From NCBI GenBank assembly GCA_048013815.1, contig CM106585.1, positions 4,712,001 through 4,776,000 of the forward strand: a stretch of 64,000 nucleotides of DNA, in the 5' to 3' direction. This DNA comes from Setoptus koraiensis (lineage: Eukaryota; Animalia; Arthropoda). Under the pieces are notes generated by a model. That model was not told the DNA's origin. It saw only the letters and a program-made list of their open reading frames with translations, and made no database searches. The position numbers and the translations under genes were made by a program. Below are positions 36,459 to 47,872 of this stretch, in pieces; within the stretch, counting starts at the first letter, position 1, and every line of letters begins with the position of its first letter.

Positions 36459-38501
36459 TCAGTTAATAATACTGAACTGAGTATCATTGGGTTGCATGGA
36501 TTTGTTATATTCTTCAAGGATCGCTTGCAAGTTTTTTGCCTCTTTGATGACAAAGTTGACATTGGCTATGACCCAAGTGCTTAGCTCATTAATATAAGGG
36601 TCAATCATTGGTTTAGGCATATTAAGTAGCTCTTTGAATAACGAGGGCCACACACTTGTTGGACATCCCTTAAATGTACGATCTACAATCCAGAAATTGT
36701 TTTGTGTGTCCTTTGCGGGCTCTATTTGCTCCCCGAAAAACATTCTGTGTATACAATCCAATGCTCCGAACCAATCTATCTCATTCGACCATGGTTTAGA
36801 GTCATGCATCTGGCAAATCATCATGTCACTGAGTTTACTTTCAAATCGACTACCTTCAGGTAATAGTCTCATATCCATGGCACGATCAAAGCCAACTAGC
36901 TTTATTATGGAAGTTCTCTCGTTGATTTTTGTTATGTCATCCTTTGATGGGTTATTGGCTATGAAGAGATTATTTATATTCAAACTCATGTGAATTATAT
37001 CACACGAGTGTATTTGCTTAATTACCTGGAGTAACTCAAGTGTGACGAGAGCAGCTATAGATTTGGGGAACTGCTTGTGTAAACTGTCGCAAGCGTCGAG
37101 AAATCTTGACAGAGGTGCCAAGCCGGGGTACTCATCTATTAGTACACTACCATCTTTATAAAACACAGCAGGGTTCGCATTCATGACGGACAACTCTATA
37201 TCCGGCTGACACCGTTGTTTGACTAATCTACGATGCAACTCTTTACAAATGTAGAATAGCCAGTCGTTGGCTGGTTGGTCGATCTTGATGCAGCATACTT
37301 TCAACGGTACGATATTCATTGTAGATTCATTTGATTCATCATCTTGCAGTAAGGTTGCTCCATACAATCGATTGGCAGAAGATATATCCCGATCTATCAG
37401 ATACTCATCATTACCAGCTCTAATGAGGGTATGATTTAACTTGATTTTCGGTAAGTTTCTGGAGTATCTAAATACCCCTTGTCTGGCGATAGGCTCATTT
37501 AAACAGGCAAGTAAGCGATTATAGGATGTTGGATCTGCGGGATCAATTGGTCTTTCTGGTAGCAATGGCGCTGGTGTGATTTGGTTAGTTTTTTGAGCTG
37601 TGCCAGGAGTTGCGCTCAAGCCAGAAGAAGACGACGAAGATTTACTGTTGCAATCTCTACTTGTTTCTACAATGGGGCTCAACTTGAGAGTGGGCGAACC
37701 TCCAAGAGAAGGACGAGACAAGCGCCGGCTAGCTATAGAGTTACGTTTTTCGTTTCCATTATCTTGTCTTTTTGCCTTTGGTGTGGATGAGTCAGCGTTG
37801 TCTCTCAAATATTGTGACTGGTCAATCGGATAAGTCAATTTATCATTGTAGGTTGTCGTTTGGTTGGAAATTGTTGCACACCAGAGATCCTGGACGGCTG
37901 TGTGCGATGTTTCGTTGAACTCTAGACATTGTGTTGTTTGAAAACATTGTGGCAGAATAGATAGTCGGTTACTTTGTGTACCAGAACCATTTGGAATGGT
38001 GTTGGAGTTTTGTTGGATTATTTGCTGTGACGATTGTTGCGGTGGCAATGATTGTTGTTGGCTTAGTTGTTGCTGCAGAATTTGTTGTTGTTGCATCAAC
38101 AATTGCATCTGCTGAGTCAAGAAATCAATTTTTTGCTTTTGATCTTCATTCTCTTTTTTCATCTGCTCGTATCCCTTCTTCAATTGTTCGTTCTCTCTGA
38201 ATACTTCATCTTTGCGTCTCTTCTCTAGAATTAGCGTTTTTGACTCAGCGAGTCTCTTGAATCTCAATTCTTCAAATGACAACTCAATACCATAGCACCC
38301 GCCTGGATATAGAGTGCGCGTATCAACGAAGAATCTATGTGACGGATTCAGGTTTTCGTGTATGAAACGCGGCGCCGGGTCCTCTGGCTCAATGTTTCTA
38401 TTCTCTTTTTTATCCTCTGGTGGTGCTGGTCTGCTTGTTGCTGTTTTGGCCGGTTTTATCAGTCCATCATCAACATAAATCTGGAACTTTGCTGGTGCCA
38501 T
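36459..38501 (-). CDS. BubR1: BUB1/BUBR1 (MadBub)-family checkpoint protein, TPR-less, with predicted pseudokinase; 680 aa, intronless
   Basis: ABBA-like FQIYVD (aa 6-11), KEN (aa 32-34), GLEBS (LYPGG...LSFEELR), B56-docking LSPIVE, and a BUB-type kinase fold (IKIDQPANDWLFYI; GSVL; KPWSNEIDWFG) with HGD changed to HMS and DLG changed to GFD. Confidence 0.88.
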   Translation of the reverse strand: MAPAKFQIYVDDGLIKPAKTATSRPAPPEDKKENRNIEPEDPAPRFIHENLNPSHRFFVDTRTLYPGGCYGIELSFEELRFKRLAESKTLILEKRRKDEVFRENEQLKKGYEQMKKENEDQKQKIDFLTQQMQLLMQQQQILQQQLSQQQSLPPQQSSQQIIQQNSNTIPNGSGTQSNRLSILPQCFQTTQCLEFNETSHTAVQDLWCATISNQTTTYNDKLTYPIDQSQYLRDNADSSTPKAKRQDNGNEKRNSIASRRLSRPSLGGSPTLKLSPIVETSRDCNSKSSSSSSGLSATPGTAQKTNQITPAPLLPERPIDPADPTSYNRLLACLNEPIARQGVFRYSRNLPKIKLNHTLIRAGNDEYLIDRDISSANRLYGATLLQDDESNESTMNIVPLKVCCIKIDQPANDWLFYICKELHRRLVKQRCQPDIELSVMNANPAVFYKDGSVLIDEYPGLAPLSRFLDACDSLHKQFPKSIAALVTLELLQVIKQIHSCDIIHMSLNINNLFIANNPSKDDITKINERTSIIKLVGFDRAMDMRLLPEGSRFESKLSDMMICQMHDSKPWSNEIDWFGALDCIHRMFFGEQIEPAKDTQNNFWIVDRTFKGCPTSVWPSLFKELLNMPKPMIDPYINELSTWVIANVNFVIKEAKNLQAILEEYNKSMQPNDTQFSIIN

Positions 38502-38859
38502 AGTTGTAGTTTAGGATATCCTTTACAATAAATTAATCAGTAGTTAATGAAAATAACTGTCATCTATTATTATTAAATAGCAGACTAATAGCAATTGAAG
38601 TAATATCATAATACAAGCGATAATGTAACAAAGACGTGCATTCAACACGTACATGCATCGCAGAGGCGCTCAAAGTGTTGATTCACGAGTTCTATTTGCA
38701 ACGGTTATGTGCGCTTTTCGAGCGCACCAATAGTTTTGAATCAGTGTGTATCATGGCGACAACCAGTGTGTGCATTCGTTATGTAAAACAAAGTTGCACT
38801 CTCCTGCGCATGCCTGATTGCAATGGGGAGAAATCAGTTATGAGTTGGTTGGTCAGTTA

Positions 38860-39815
38860 CAGGGTGTCTAGAGCAAGCGATACAGCCTTCCGCAGTGCAT
38901 TCTCTGCATAAAAACAATGCATGCTGCGTAAAATTTTTACAAAGTGCACCCATGTTTCACGGAAGGTACACGAGAGGCGCTGCTCACATTTTGCGAATGA
39001 GGAGAATTCAGTTCAGCGTTGCCCTCGCGGACCTTTCGCAAACTAGGCTGGACGCCACATGCATTCTCTTTTGTTCGCTTTCGTTTGTTTTTACTCCCTT
39101 GAAGAATCTGCCGCCAGGGAGCCATTTTTGATTGCACGTTGGTGCGAATTGCATACGCTGATAGCGTCTCAAACGACTGCATAGTTGGCGATACTACCTC
39201 ACAGCAAGACAGAGCAGAAGCCAACGAAAGCGAATTCGCCGAGATAACCATACTGCGCTTTTTGTTCCCCTTACACTGTGAAGTAACAGTGATGTTCGCT
39301 TGTGTGCGCTGCTTCCACTTTACTTGCGACACCCTATAACAAGGTGGAAGAGAGAGAGAGAAATATAAATAAACCAATATGATCTTCATAGGGCGAACAT
39401 ATGTGCTGGATTGGCGCAAAACTTGTGTAGGGTGTGAGGTGCAAGTAGTCAAGATACAAAGGCATCTGTGCAGCACAGCAGCACAGACAGTCCCAATGTG
39501 TAGTATTGTTTGCCCGATGCAATGTGGCGCCAAACGTGCTCAGAATCTCGCTAATGCACGAACTGTGCGATGCAAGCAAGCGCAGTGAGGGTGAGATTTT
39601 TCTGATGTACCTACATTGGTTTGCAAAAGAACCGCGAGGGCGGCGCTGCACTGCATTTTCCGTTGAGCAAACGTTGAGCAGCGCCTCTGATGGATCTCTC
39701 ATAAAACATCGGTGTGCTTCGGATAAATCGTGCAGTGTATTTGTGCAGAAAATGCACTGTGGAAGGCAGCGTAGCATGATCTGCAGAAATTTGACTACTG
39801 GCATGTCACACCCTA
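38860..39815. mobile_element. Old non-autonomous TIR element (about 956 bp) with long diverged subterminal inverted repeats
   Basis: TA-CAGGGTGT at the left and ACACCCTA-TA at the right. About 38880-39050 is a diverged reverse complement of about 39620-39775 (for example gccttccgcagtgcattctctgca vs gccttccacagtgcattttctgca). Confidence 0.6.
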
Positions 39816-40028
39816 TACAGTGAATTGCGACATTTCTGTGCAACAAGCGCAGTATGAAATACCCAAGAGCCAAGACACAAAATGGCAAGATCACGATGAC
39901 GAATGAGAAAAAAACAAAAATAGGAATAACTCAATTCCTTTGTGTCATGTTATCATTATTATTTTATTATCATTACCCATCATTACACTATTACCGGTCC
40001 AGGCAACACCATCACAATCGACAGCAAC

Positions 40029-41860
40029 ATGGCCACTGGATACCCCGATGAGCTGAATCCGTTCGGCGACGAATGCGACGATCAACTCCCTAAGCACCAC
40101 CTGAAGACGACTCCCCGAACCCGAAAATCACCCTCAAATGCCAACCATCCTATGACTAAGAAGCCAACTTATCCAGAACAATTGAATCCATTCGATGTTG
40201 ACGATGCAGCCGAAGCCACCAATGACGACGACGACTACGATAATAGTTTCAATCCTTTTGCAGCAGAATCAGATGCAGTCGTTGATAACATGCCCAAGAT
40301 AGATTATGATGAGACGCTGAATCCTTTTGATGAGGACAATGAGGAGCCAGACCGCAGCCTACGGTTGGACAGCAGTCTCGATCATAATAGAAAGGCGGAA
40401 CAATGCACACGGGAACTATCATCGCCAACATGCCGGTCTCACGATGGCTCTACAACAAATTTGAGCGTTGACACTAGGCCTAAACCGTTTCCAAGAACAA
40501 AAAGCCTATTGAAAAAAGAAGGAAAACTTATCGAGGACAGAAAATCAAATGCATCCCAAGATCAAAGCGTGCCAGAAGAACCACAAGATGGCGGAGCAAG
40601 TTCATCTGGCAAGATTGACGAACCAGCGACGGCCACCGAGACAACGGTAAATCCTAGTTCTAATGTTGATAAAGGTCTCGTGGTTGAAAATAATCAAGAT
40701 CCTCATGATAGTAACCAAAATGTGAAGCAAAACTTAGCCAATGGTAGTGTAAAAAGGTTTGAAGGACGTCACGATGACAGAAACGCCGCTCTTTGGAGAA
40801 AAATAGGTCTTAAAAAGAGAGCGGCTCCTCCCTTGCCGGTGAACTTCAAACGCCAAGTGTTCGGCTCACTTGTCGAAATTGAGGCAGAACTCAATGAAAT
40901 TGGCGATAAGTTAGTGGACATTGAAGAGCGGTTTCTAGTTTGCGAGACAAAGATGCTCGAGGAGCGCTCAGAGACGAACGGTAATTATGCATCCAAATGT
41001 AGCAACATCTTACCATCTTACATAATTTCGCGAAAAGCTTGATTTACATTCAACATGTTTCATTTTTTGCCTCTGCATAATTAGATTCCCCCAAAGCCAA
41101 ACCAGCTGATGCGAACACTCCTATTAGACTTCACTTCATTGAGTTAGTGAAGGAAAAATGCGACCTGGCAAGAAGGCAAAAAGATCTTATGTATAAAAAA
41201 AGGGAACATATTTTAGATCAATCGCATTCTGATATCGAGTACGAGCTTCGCATGATTGGGAACAAGCAAGGTATGTTACAGAATCTGAGTCTTACAATAA
41301 GTTATCGATGATAAACTTAATTACTAATCCATTGTTTTTTTTGTCCGAATCAACAGCTTCAAGCAGGACAGACCAAGACGATCAGCGGGAACAAGAACTT
41401 CTCAAGAGGCTAGTTGAGATAATAGAGGAAAAGAATGATATCGTTGAAAATTTGATCAAAGATAATTCGATCAGGTAAGTGCAGCTTGTTACGACACGGT
41501 GCATATCAAACTAGTAGTGAACCAATAATAATAAATTTCTACTTGACGACTTTTCTTCTGCACAGTGATGAAGACGAGCTCAATAAAGCCTTGAAACGAC
41601 TGGATATTAGGTCACCGTCGGGCGAAAGTTTCTCGGGTCAGTCAGCAAAAGACTGTGATAGAAAAACTGCTGCATTTAATAATAACCAAGCGTCTCATGA
41701 TGCGAGCATATCAAAACAGGATAAGTCCAAGAACAAGCACCGTCCATCCACAACAAAAGCATTGAAAACCTTAAAAAAATATGGCAAAGTGGTTGTAAAG
41801 ATGAGTAAGAAAGATAATGATAATGCGCCGAAATCTAGAGTGACTAAAACTCCCTTGTAA
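40029..41860 (+). CDS. MICAL-like/EHBP1-family Rab effector (four NPF motifs plus bMERB domain), about 516 aa
   Basis: Exons 40029-40980, 41085-41270, 41357-41474, 41566-41860 with GT-AG sites and consistent phases (1, 1, 2). NPF x4; KKRAAPPLP; bMERB-like ELVKEKCDLARRQ...IEYELR...REQELLKRLVEIIEEKNDIVENL. Confidence 0.75.
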
Positions 41861-42792
41861 ATTATACATATACATAAATTTTTGTTTGTAACGTAGATTT
41901 GAAAGGCCGCGATCGTTATGATAGCAGTTCCGCTAATCTAGAAATGGCAACAACAACAAAAAATCGACAACAACAGCAGCAGCAGCCATGAAAGGATTGC
42001 CTAGAGGGGCGCTTGTCAATGTTACTGGTGTTACGCTGTTACAATATGGAACGAGCAGTTGCGCGTGCGATTACTGAGAATTACGTCATTTTCATTGAAT
42101 GGCATGTCGCAGGTGCACGCGGAGCTTTTTCATTCATTCGGTTATAGTGGTAGTGTGTGTGTGTGTGTGTGCGCGTGTGTGTGCGTGTGTGTGTTTGTTT
42201 GTGCAGACTGGACCTCATAGTAGGAAGGTGGCGAGATCCGTTATTCAATAGTTGTTATATAGACTGGAATGAAGATACTGCTGACCTTCACAGTACTTAG
42301 TAGGGACCAAACCATCTAGAGCTGCTCCTTTGTGCCCATTAATCTAGATCGATAAGGATGGGGTGCATAAGATGTTGCTGAGTGTACCATAGAAATTCAT
42401 GTACATATTGTTATCGGTAGTAGAATGGAGTAGCGAGAATGAGATAACAACTATTCTCAATCATATCATCCTATGTGTATAAAGTTGGCAAGGTATGTGA
42501 TGACCGCCATTAGTTGACCATCGTCGCACAAATAATAATAATAATAATTCCATTGTCAGCATCGGCATTAAAAATAGTCAAACGCAAAAAAATAGCACTG
42601 TTTTATATCAAGATAATATTATCGAGGTTCATACAAACGATGATCCTTAATCTGGCAACATTCGACATAATGCAGCACTGATAGGACATTTGACGAAAAG
42701 TTTCAATATAATATATAATATATTGCACTGCGTTATTGCTGATATTGTTGCCGTTGTTTCATTATAGCTTATTATTGTTAAAAGGCCATCTA

Positions 42793-45132
42793 ATGGCCGC
42801 AACCATATCGCATCCGTTACGTTTGTCAGTATCATCATCAATGGTGACAAAATCAACAGTATTAGCAACAGCAATCACAAGATATATTGCAACTAATTTA
42901 TTACACTCGATTCTGTCAATTGGCGCTATCATTCTACTGGCCAATAGTGTGAGCAACATCCATCGCGACACTGTCAGCTATTCCGGTTTGCATCTACATC
43001 AGCCATCACTAATACCATCATTGGGCTTGCTTATCCCATCAGTGTCGGCTGAAAGCGTCAACCTAGAATATGTTGAGCCACTAGAGGAATCAAACGTATT
43101 TACATCATCATTTTTGGTCCGATTGAACGGAGATGGACACAATCAGGAGACCGTGCACGAGATCGCAAAACGAAACGGATTTGTTAATTTAGGTCCCGTG
43201 GCTAGCTCTAACAATGAGCACCATTTCTATCATAAGGACTTAAAGCCTCGCAATAGGCGTAGTATATACCATACAAAGAAATTAAAGAAAGATCCCCAGA
43301 TACAAACTGTAATTCAACAGCCTGGCTTCAAGCGAGAAAAACGAGGCTTCAAGGCTCTGCCGATAGAGGCGGCACAATTGATCGACACTGATAAGATTGA
43401 CCGACACAACAACAACAAAAACAACAATGCGTCAATGATTAAACTATTAGCTAGCCAAGATCCAACTGATCCATATTTTAAATATCAATGGCCACTGAAA
43501 AATGTTGGCCAAAATGGCGGCAAGCCCCGATTGGATCTCAATGTAAAATCGGCTTGGGCACAGGGCTACACAGGAAAGAATGTTACCACGGCCATTATGG
43601 ACGACGGAGTTGATTATAAACACTTAGATCTGAGAGAGAATTACAACGCAAAAGCCTCTTATGATTTTAGTAGCAATGATCAATATCCGTATCCGCGTTA
43701 CACGGACGATTGGTTCAATAGTCACGGTACCAGATGCGCGGGTGAAGTGGCCTCAAAGCGCGACAATGGCATTTGTGGCGTTGGCGTGGCCTACGATTCT
43801 AAAGTGGCCGGCATACGAATGTTAGATCAACCTTATATGACAGACATTATTGAGGCCAATTCAATGAGCCACGAGCCCAACCTAATCGACATTTATTCGG
43901 CTTCGTGGGGACCCACCGACAACGGAAAAACTGTTGACGGGCCCAGAAATGCTACAATGCGCGCTATAGTCAGAGGAGTTAACGAGGGTCGCAACGGCAA
44001 GGGCAATATCTATGTTTGGGCCTCTGGCGACGGTGGCCAAGACGACGATTGCAATTGTGACGGCTACGCAGCTAGTATGTGGACAATTTCAATTAATTCT
44101 GCCATTAACACTGGCCAGAACGCTCATTATGACGAATCTTGTTCTAGCACACTGGCGTCAACATTCTCCAATGGAGCGAAAGATCCCCACACTGGCGTTG
44201 CTACCACCGATCTCTATGATCGTTGCACCCAAACGCATTCGGGCACATCGGCAGCGGCGCCCGAGGCGGCGGGCGTCTACGCTCTGGCTCTAGAGGCCAA
44301 TCCGGATCTTACCTGGCGTGATATACAACATCTGACCGTGCTGACATCGAAAAGAAACTCTCTCTATGATGGCAAGGGTCGCTTTCACTGGAACATGAAT
44401 GGCGTTGGCCTAGAATACAACCACTTGTTCGGTTACGGAGTGTTGGACGCCGGAGCTATGGTTTCATTGGCGAAAAATTGGAAAACAGTTCCAGCTAGGT
44501 ACCACTGCGACGCGGGCACTCTCAACAAAACCTATGAGATCCCATCAAACAGAACAGCTGTCATGCACATCGATACAACAGCCTGTCAGGGCACCAAAAC
44601 GGAAGTTAACTACATCGAGCATGTTCAGGCTATCATAACATTGAATTCGACGCGACGTGGCGATGTCACATTGTTTTTGACTTCGCCCATGGGCACTAAA
44701 TCGATGATATTGAGTAGAAGACCGAACGACGACGATCATCGTAACGGATTCGTTCGTTGGCCATTCATGACCACGCAAACTTGGGGCGAAAATCCGCGTG
44801 GTAGATGGATCTTAGAGGCTCGATTTAGCTCAGGTGAGCGAGATAACAACAAGAACAAGAAGGATGACGGCAGCAAAAAGTTGAGCAGTGCTGCAACAGC
44901 AGCAAGCAAAACTTTATCATCGTCAGAGAATGAATACAATAACAAATCGTCGGAATTGTCGCCACAACAGCAGCCGACAAAGCAAAAACAGCAACACGGT
45001 ATGATTAAAGAATGGAGATTGATAATACACGGAACAAGTGAACCACCCTACAAGGGTTTGACTATATCTGATAAGAACTCTAAGTTGGCCATTGTTAAGA
45101 AGGCACATGAGGATTCATTGATAAAAAAATAG
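42793..45132 (+). CDS. PCSK2: Prohormone (neuroendocrine) convertase 2, amontillado orthologue; intronless, about 779 aa, start codon uncertain
   Basis: Propeptide ending KREKR; catalytic DDG, NSHGTRCAGEV and HSGTSAAAP; the PC2-diagnostic Asp in WASGDGG; P domain with RRGD. Confidence 0.95.
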   Translation: MAATISHPLRLSVSSSMVTKSTVLATAITRYIATNLLHSILSIGAIILLANSVSNIHRDTVSYSGLHLHQPSLIPSLGLLIPSVSAESVNLEYVEPLEESNVFTSSFLVRLNGDGHNQETVHEIAKRNGFVNLGPVASSNNEHHFYHKDLKPRNRRSIYHTKKLKKDPQIQTVIQQPGFKREKRGFKALPIEAAQLIDTDKIDRHNNNKNNNASMIKLLASQDPTDPYFKYQWPLKNVGQNGGKPRLDLNVKSAWAQGYTGKNVTTAIMDDGVDYKHLDLRENYNAKASYDFSSNDQYPYPRYTDDWFNSHGTRCAGEVASKRDNGICGVGVAYDSKVAGIRMLDQPYMTDIIEANSMSHEPNLIDIYSASWGPTDNGKTVDGPRNATMRAIVRGVNEGRNGKGNIYVWASGDGGQDDDCNCDGYAASMWTISINSAINTGQNAHYDESCSSTLASTFSNGAKDPHTGVATTDLYDRCTQTHSGTSAAAPEAAGVYALALEANPDLTWRDIQHLTVLTSKRNSLYDGKGRFHWNMNGVGLEYNHLFGYGVLDAGAMVSLAKNWKTVPARYHCDAGTLNKTYEIPSNRTAVMHIDTTACQGTKTEVNYIEHVQAIITLNSTRRGDVTLFLTSPMGTKSMILSRRPNDDDHRNGFVRWPFMTTQTWGENPRGRWILEARFSSGERDNNKNKKDDGSKKLSSAATAASKTLSSSENEYNNKSSELSPQQQPTKQKQQHGMIKEWRLIIHGTSEPPYKGLTISDKNSKLAIVKKAHEDSLIKK

Positions 45133-45255
45133 ATCGACAACGACGGGACTGTTTAAGCGTTGTTTCATCAAAAATTACGATGATATAATATGACAGATAA
45201 ACAAACGAACATATTAATGCGAAACAAACAGGTCAACCAAATATGATACACATAC

Positions 45256-45322
45256 AAACACTTACACACATCAAAGACACACACACACTCACACACCACA
45301 CACATACACACACACACACACA
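45256..45322. repeat. Interrupted (CA)n microsatellite in the PC2 3' region
   Basis: Directly visible. Confidence 0.8.
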
Positions 45323-46609
45323 CTGGTTATACTGATATCTGATACGATAGAATGATAATTAAGATAGACTATAGATGATATTGATTATTAGTGTGAAAAC
45401 TGTCATAAGATACACTTCTTGGAATGCACTATCTATGGCACACATATACAGAACAAAACGGAACAAAAAAGAATGCAACAGCCATTGTTATGATTCATCG
45501 TCTATCCACAATTATACCCAATATCAGCATCTTGCAACATAACAACAACAACCAAAGTGAATTACAACAACAGAAAGCTCTCTCTTCCTCCTTCTCTCTA
45601 CGAATCAACACTATGCTCCTCGATCATTAGATAAACTTGACTCGAATGTCGTAAAACAGACCTCTGCTGCAGTGTAACTAAATCAGTTCTCACTATCCTG
45701 TTTCAATTTTACTATAGACTTTTCATCAAAATTACTAATTTCTAGTTTAACGATCTACCCAAAACATCTTTGGCAAGCGAGGAAACTTCCTCTCTGATAC
45801 ATTTAGAATTGACTTTGAATCAGCAGGGCGTGTACAGCTCAAGCTCGTCAGAATGATTATACTGGTTATTCTTAATTTTAATTCTAGAGATATTCTCCGA
45901 AACGCTGATGATAATTCTTGTTGTACTAAATCAATGTTCGGCCGAAATCGTATAGTTTGAAATATTGCTGTGGTAAATTGTACACTGTACAATTTACATT
46001 TCGATGATGTCGAACAACATTGGCCCCTATCGCCTCGATATGTAGACATTTGTTTGGTTCATTTCGTTCATCAAACTCGCTCTTTCCACTTTATCTGCTT
46101 CAAAAGATGAATTACTAACGGAAGCTTTAAGATAGCTTTAAGAGCTACTGGAAATTTCAAAAGTTCTGAAATTAGCCTTTTTAAGTTGAAGGGCACTTCA
46201 ATATTGATGAAGTATTTATCTTCCTTTTGGTTCACTTGTAGTTTAAAATATGCTTCCCCAAGGGGCGACACGTCTAGGATAAATGTGAAAATATCGCCAA
46301 GGCGAATTTCGACTCGTAGATGAGGTGGGAATCGCCCCTGAGTGTCGCGTTTCCGTTGTATTTCCATTATGACTATAATAACAATTAGTGATGCTGACTC
46401 GAGGATTGATAATAATGAGATGTGGAATTATTGAAGCTTGCCATATACTGCTATATCGACAAGTAAGTAACTGCAATTATCACCACAAAGCATTTGAAAC
46501 GTTGGCGTATCTGCCCAAAAAAGACTCACACTAATGGTAATAGGCAGTAATAAATGGAACATGTTTGGAGTGTTGGGAATAGGCCAGCCGATAATAGCTT
46601 ACAAGTCTA

Positions 46610-46663
46610 CGTTATCAGAGCGTTATCAGAGCGTTATCAGAGGTACGCGCTTAGTTATCAGAG
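46610..46663. repeat. 11-bp tandem repeat CGTTATCAGAG x3 plus a partial fourth copy; each unit contains TGATAA on the minus strand
   Basis: Units at 46610, 46621, 46632; partial at 46654. Confidence 0.85.
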
Positions 46664-47872
46664 TCACTAGACTAGAATATAGTATAATCACCAGCGATGA
46701 CACCGATGGGCTGCACGAACAAAGACCAACTTTCCAAACAACACTTATCAGTAACTTATCAAGTTGAGCAAATAAACACTTCAACATCGGCATCTGAGAG
46801 TATGCAGGGTGACCGAGTAAAGTAATGAGAATCGTCAATTGAAAATCTTGCATTAAGAACAACAATTACTCGTTTGTCTTCATTGATCGATCTAATGTTA
46901 CAAGTTTCATATGGGTGCCATAAGTCACACTCGTAGCGAGAACACCTCGCTCGGCAGCACTACACTAACATACTGATCAGGGGATTATTTTTGTTTCGAT
47001 CCGGATCCAGAATTGGATAACCATGGGTCCAAACATCCATCGCATCGCCAGTTTGTAAGACAAACGATGTCTAGCAATGGCGGATTTTGTTCGTGATTAA
47101 TTAATCTCTGATTATTATAACGAAAATTACTTCAACCTTCAAAGGCATGGAACAATAACTAAATTCTCCTAAATCTCCGAAAAATATAAAGAAAAAAAGA
47201 GACCTAGCTGATAGAGAAAAAAGTGTGACCGATTCCGTGACATCTCCCCTCAAAAGTGTAACGATATCCGTTCGCAACCTCTCTACTATCTGATAGAGCA
47301 CGACGAACAACACGAAAAGCTGCTCAAAAGGCACATTTCTGAACCTGGCTCCAAAACTTCCGGCTAGTCATCGAGCCATCTGAGGCGAAGGAAAATATAA
47401 GATCTAGTCTGAATCAAGCTGATCAACCAATTCTCATTGTGTATGTATTAGTGTGGAAAATCAATAATATGTCTCCTTGTAAACGGTTGAACGAATATTT
47501 ATTTTCTTGCTATTGCATACATCGTCTCTATACAATCACATGTATTATTGCGAGAACATTCTGGAAATGATGACATTTATCAGCAGGATGCACTCGTGAT
47601 TACACGAATATTTCTGACTGCTTGATTGGGATGAATCTAGTGCTTTCGACATTTAGACATGTCTAAAAATAGTTTGACCGACAAAATTATGCCGTCGTGG
47701 TGATCATCACAATCGATCGTGCTCAAATAAATCTGTGTATTTGCGACAACATTCGGCAAATTGTCTCTTCAGCTAGTTGTAGCAAGTCGCGCTGCATTCT
47801 GTACCTAGTGAATACAAGCGCAAGATATTTTCTTGGCAGGTACTAGGCATACATTTTAGAAATCTATCAATC

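Noticed and set aside
38937-39894. Cys/His-rich 198-aa and 186-aa ORFs as zinc-finger, transposase or missing TPR exons
   Set aside because: They lie inside the inverted-repeat element, show no regular CxxC/HxxxH spacing or DDE motif, and do not resemble Mad3/Bub TPR.
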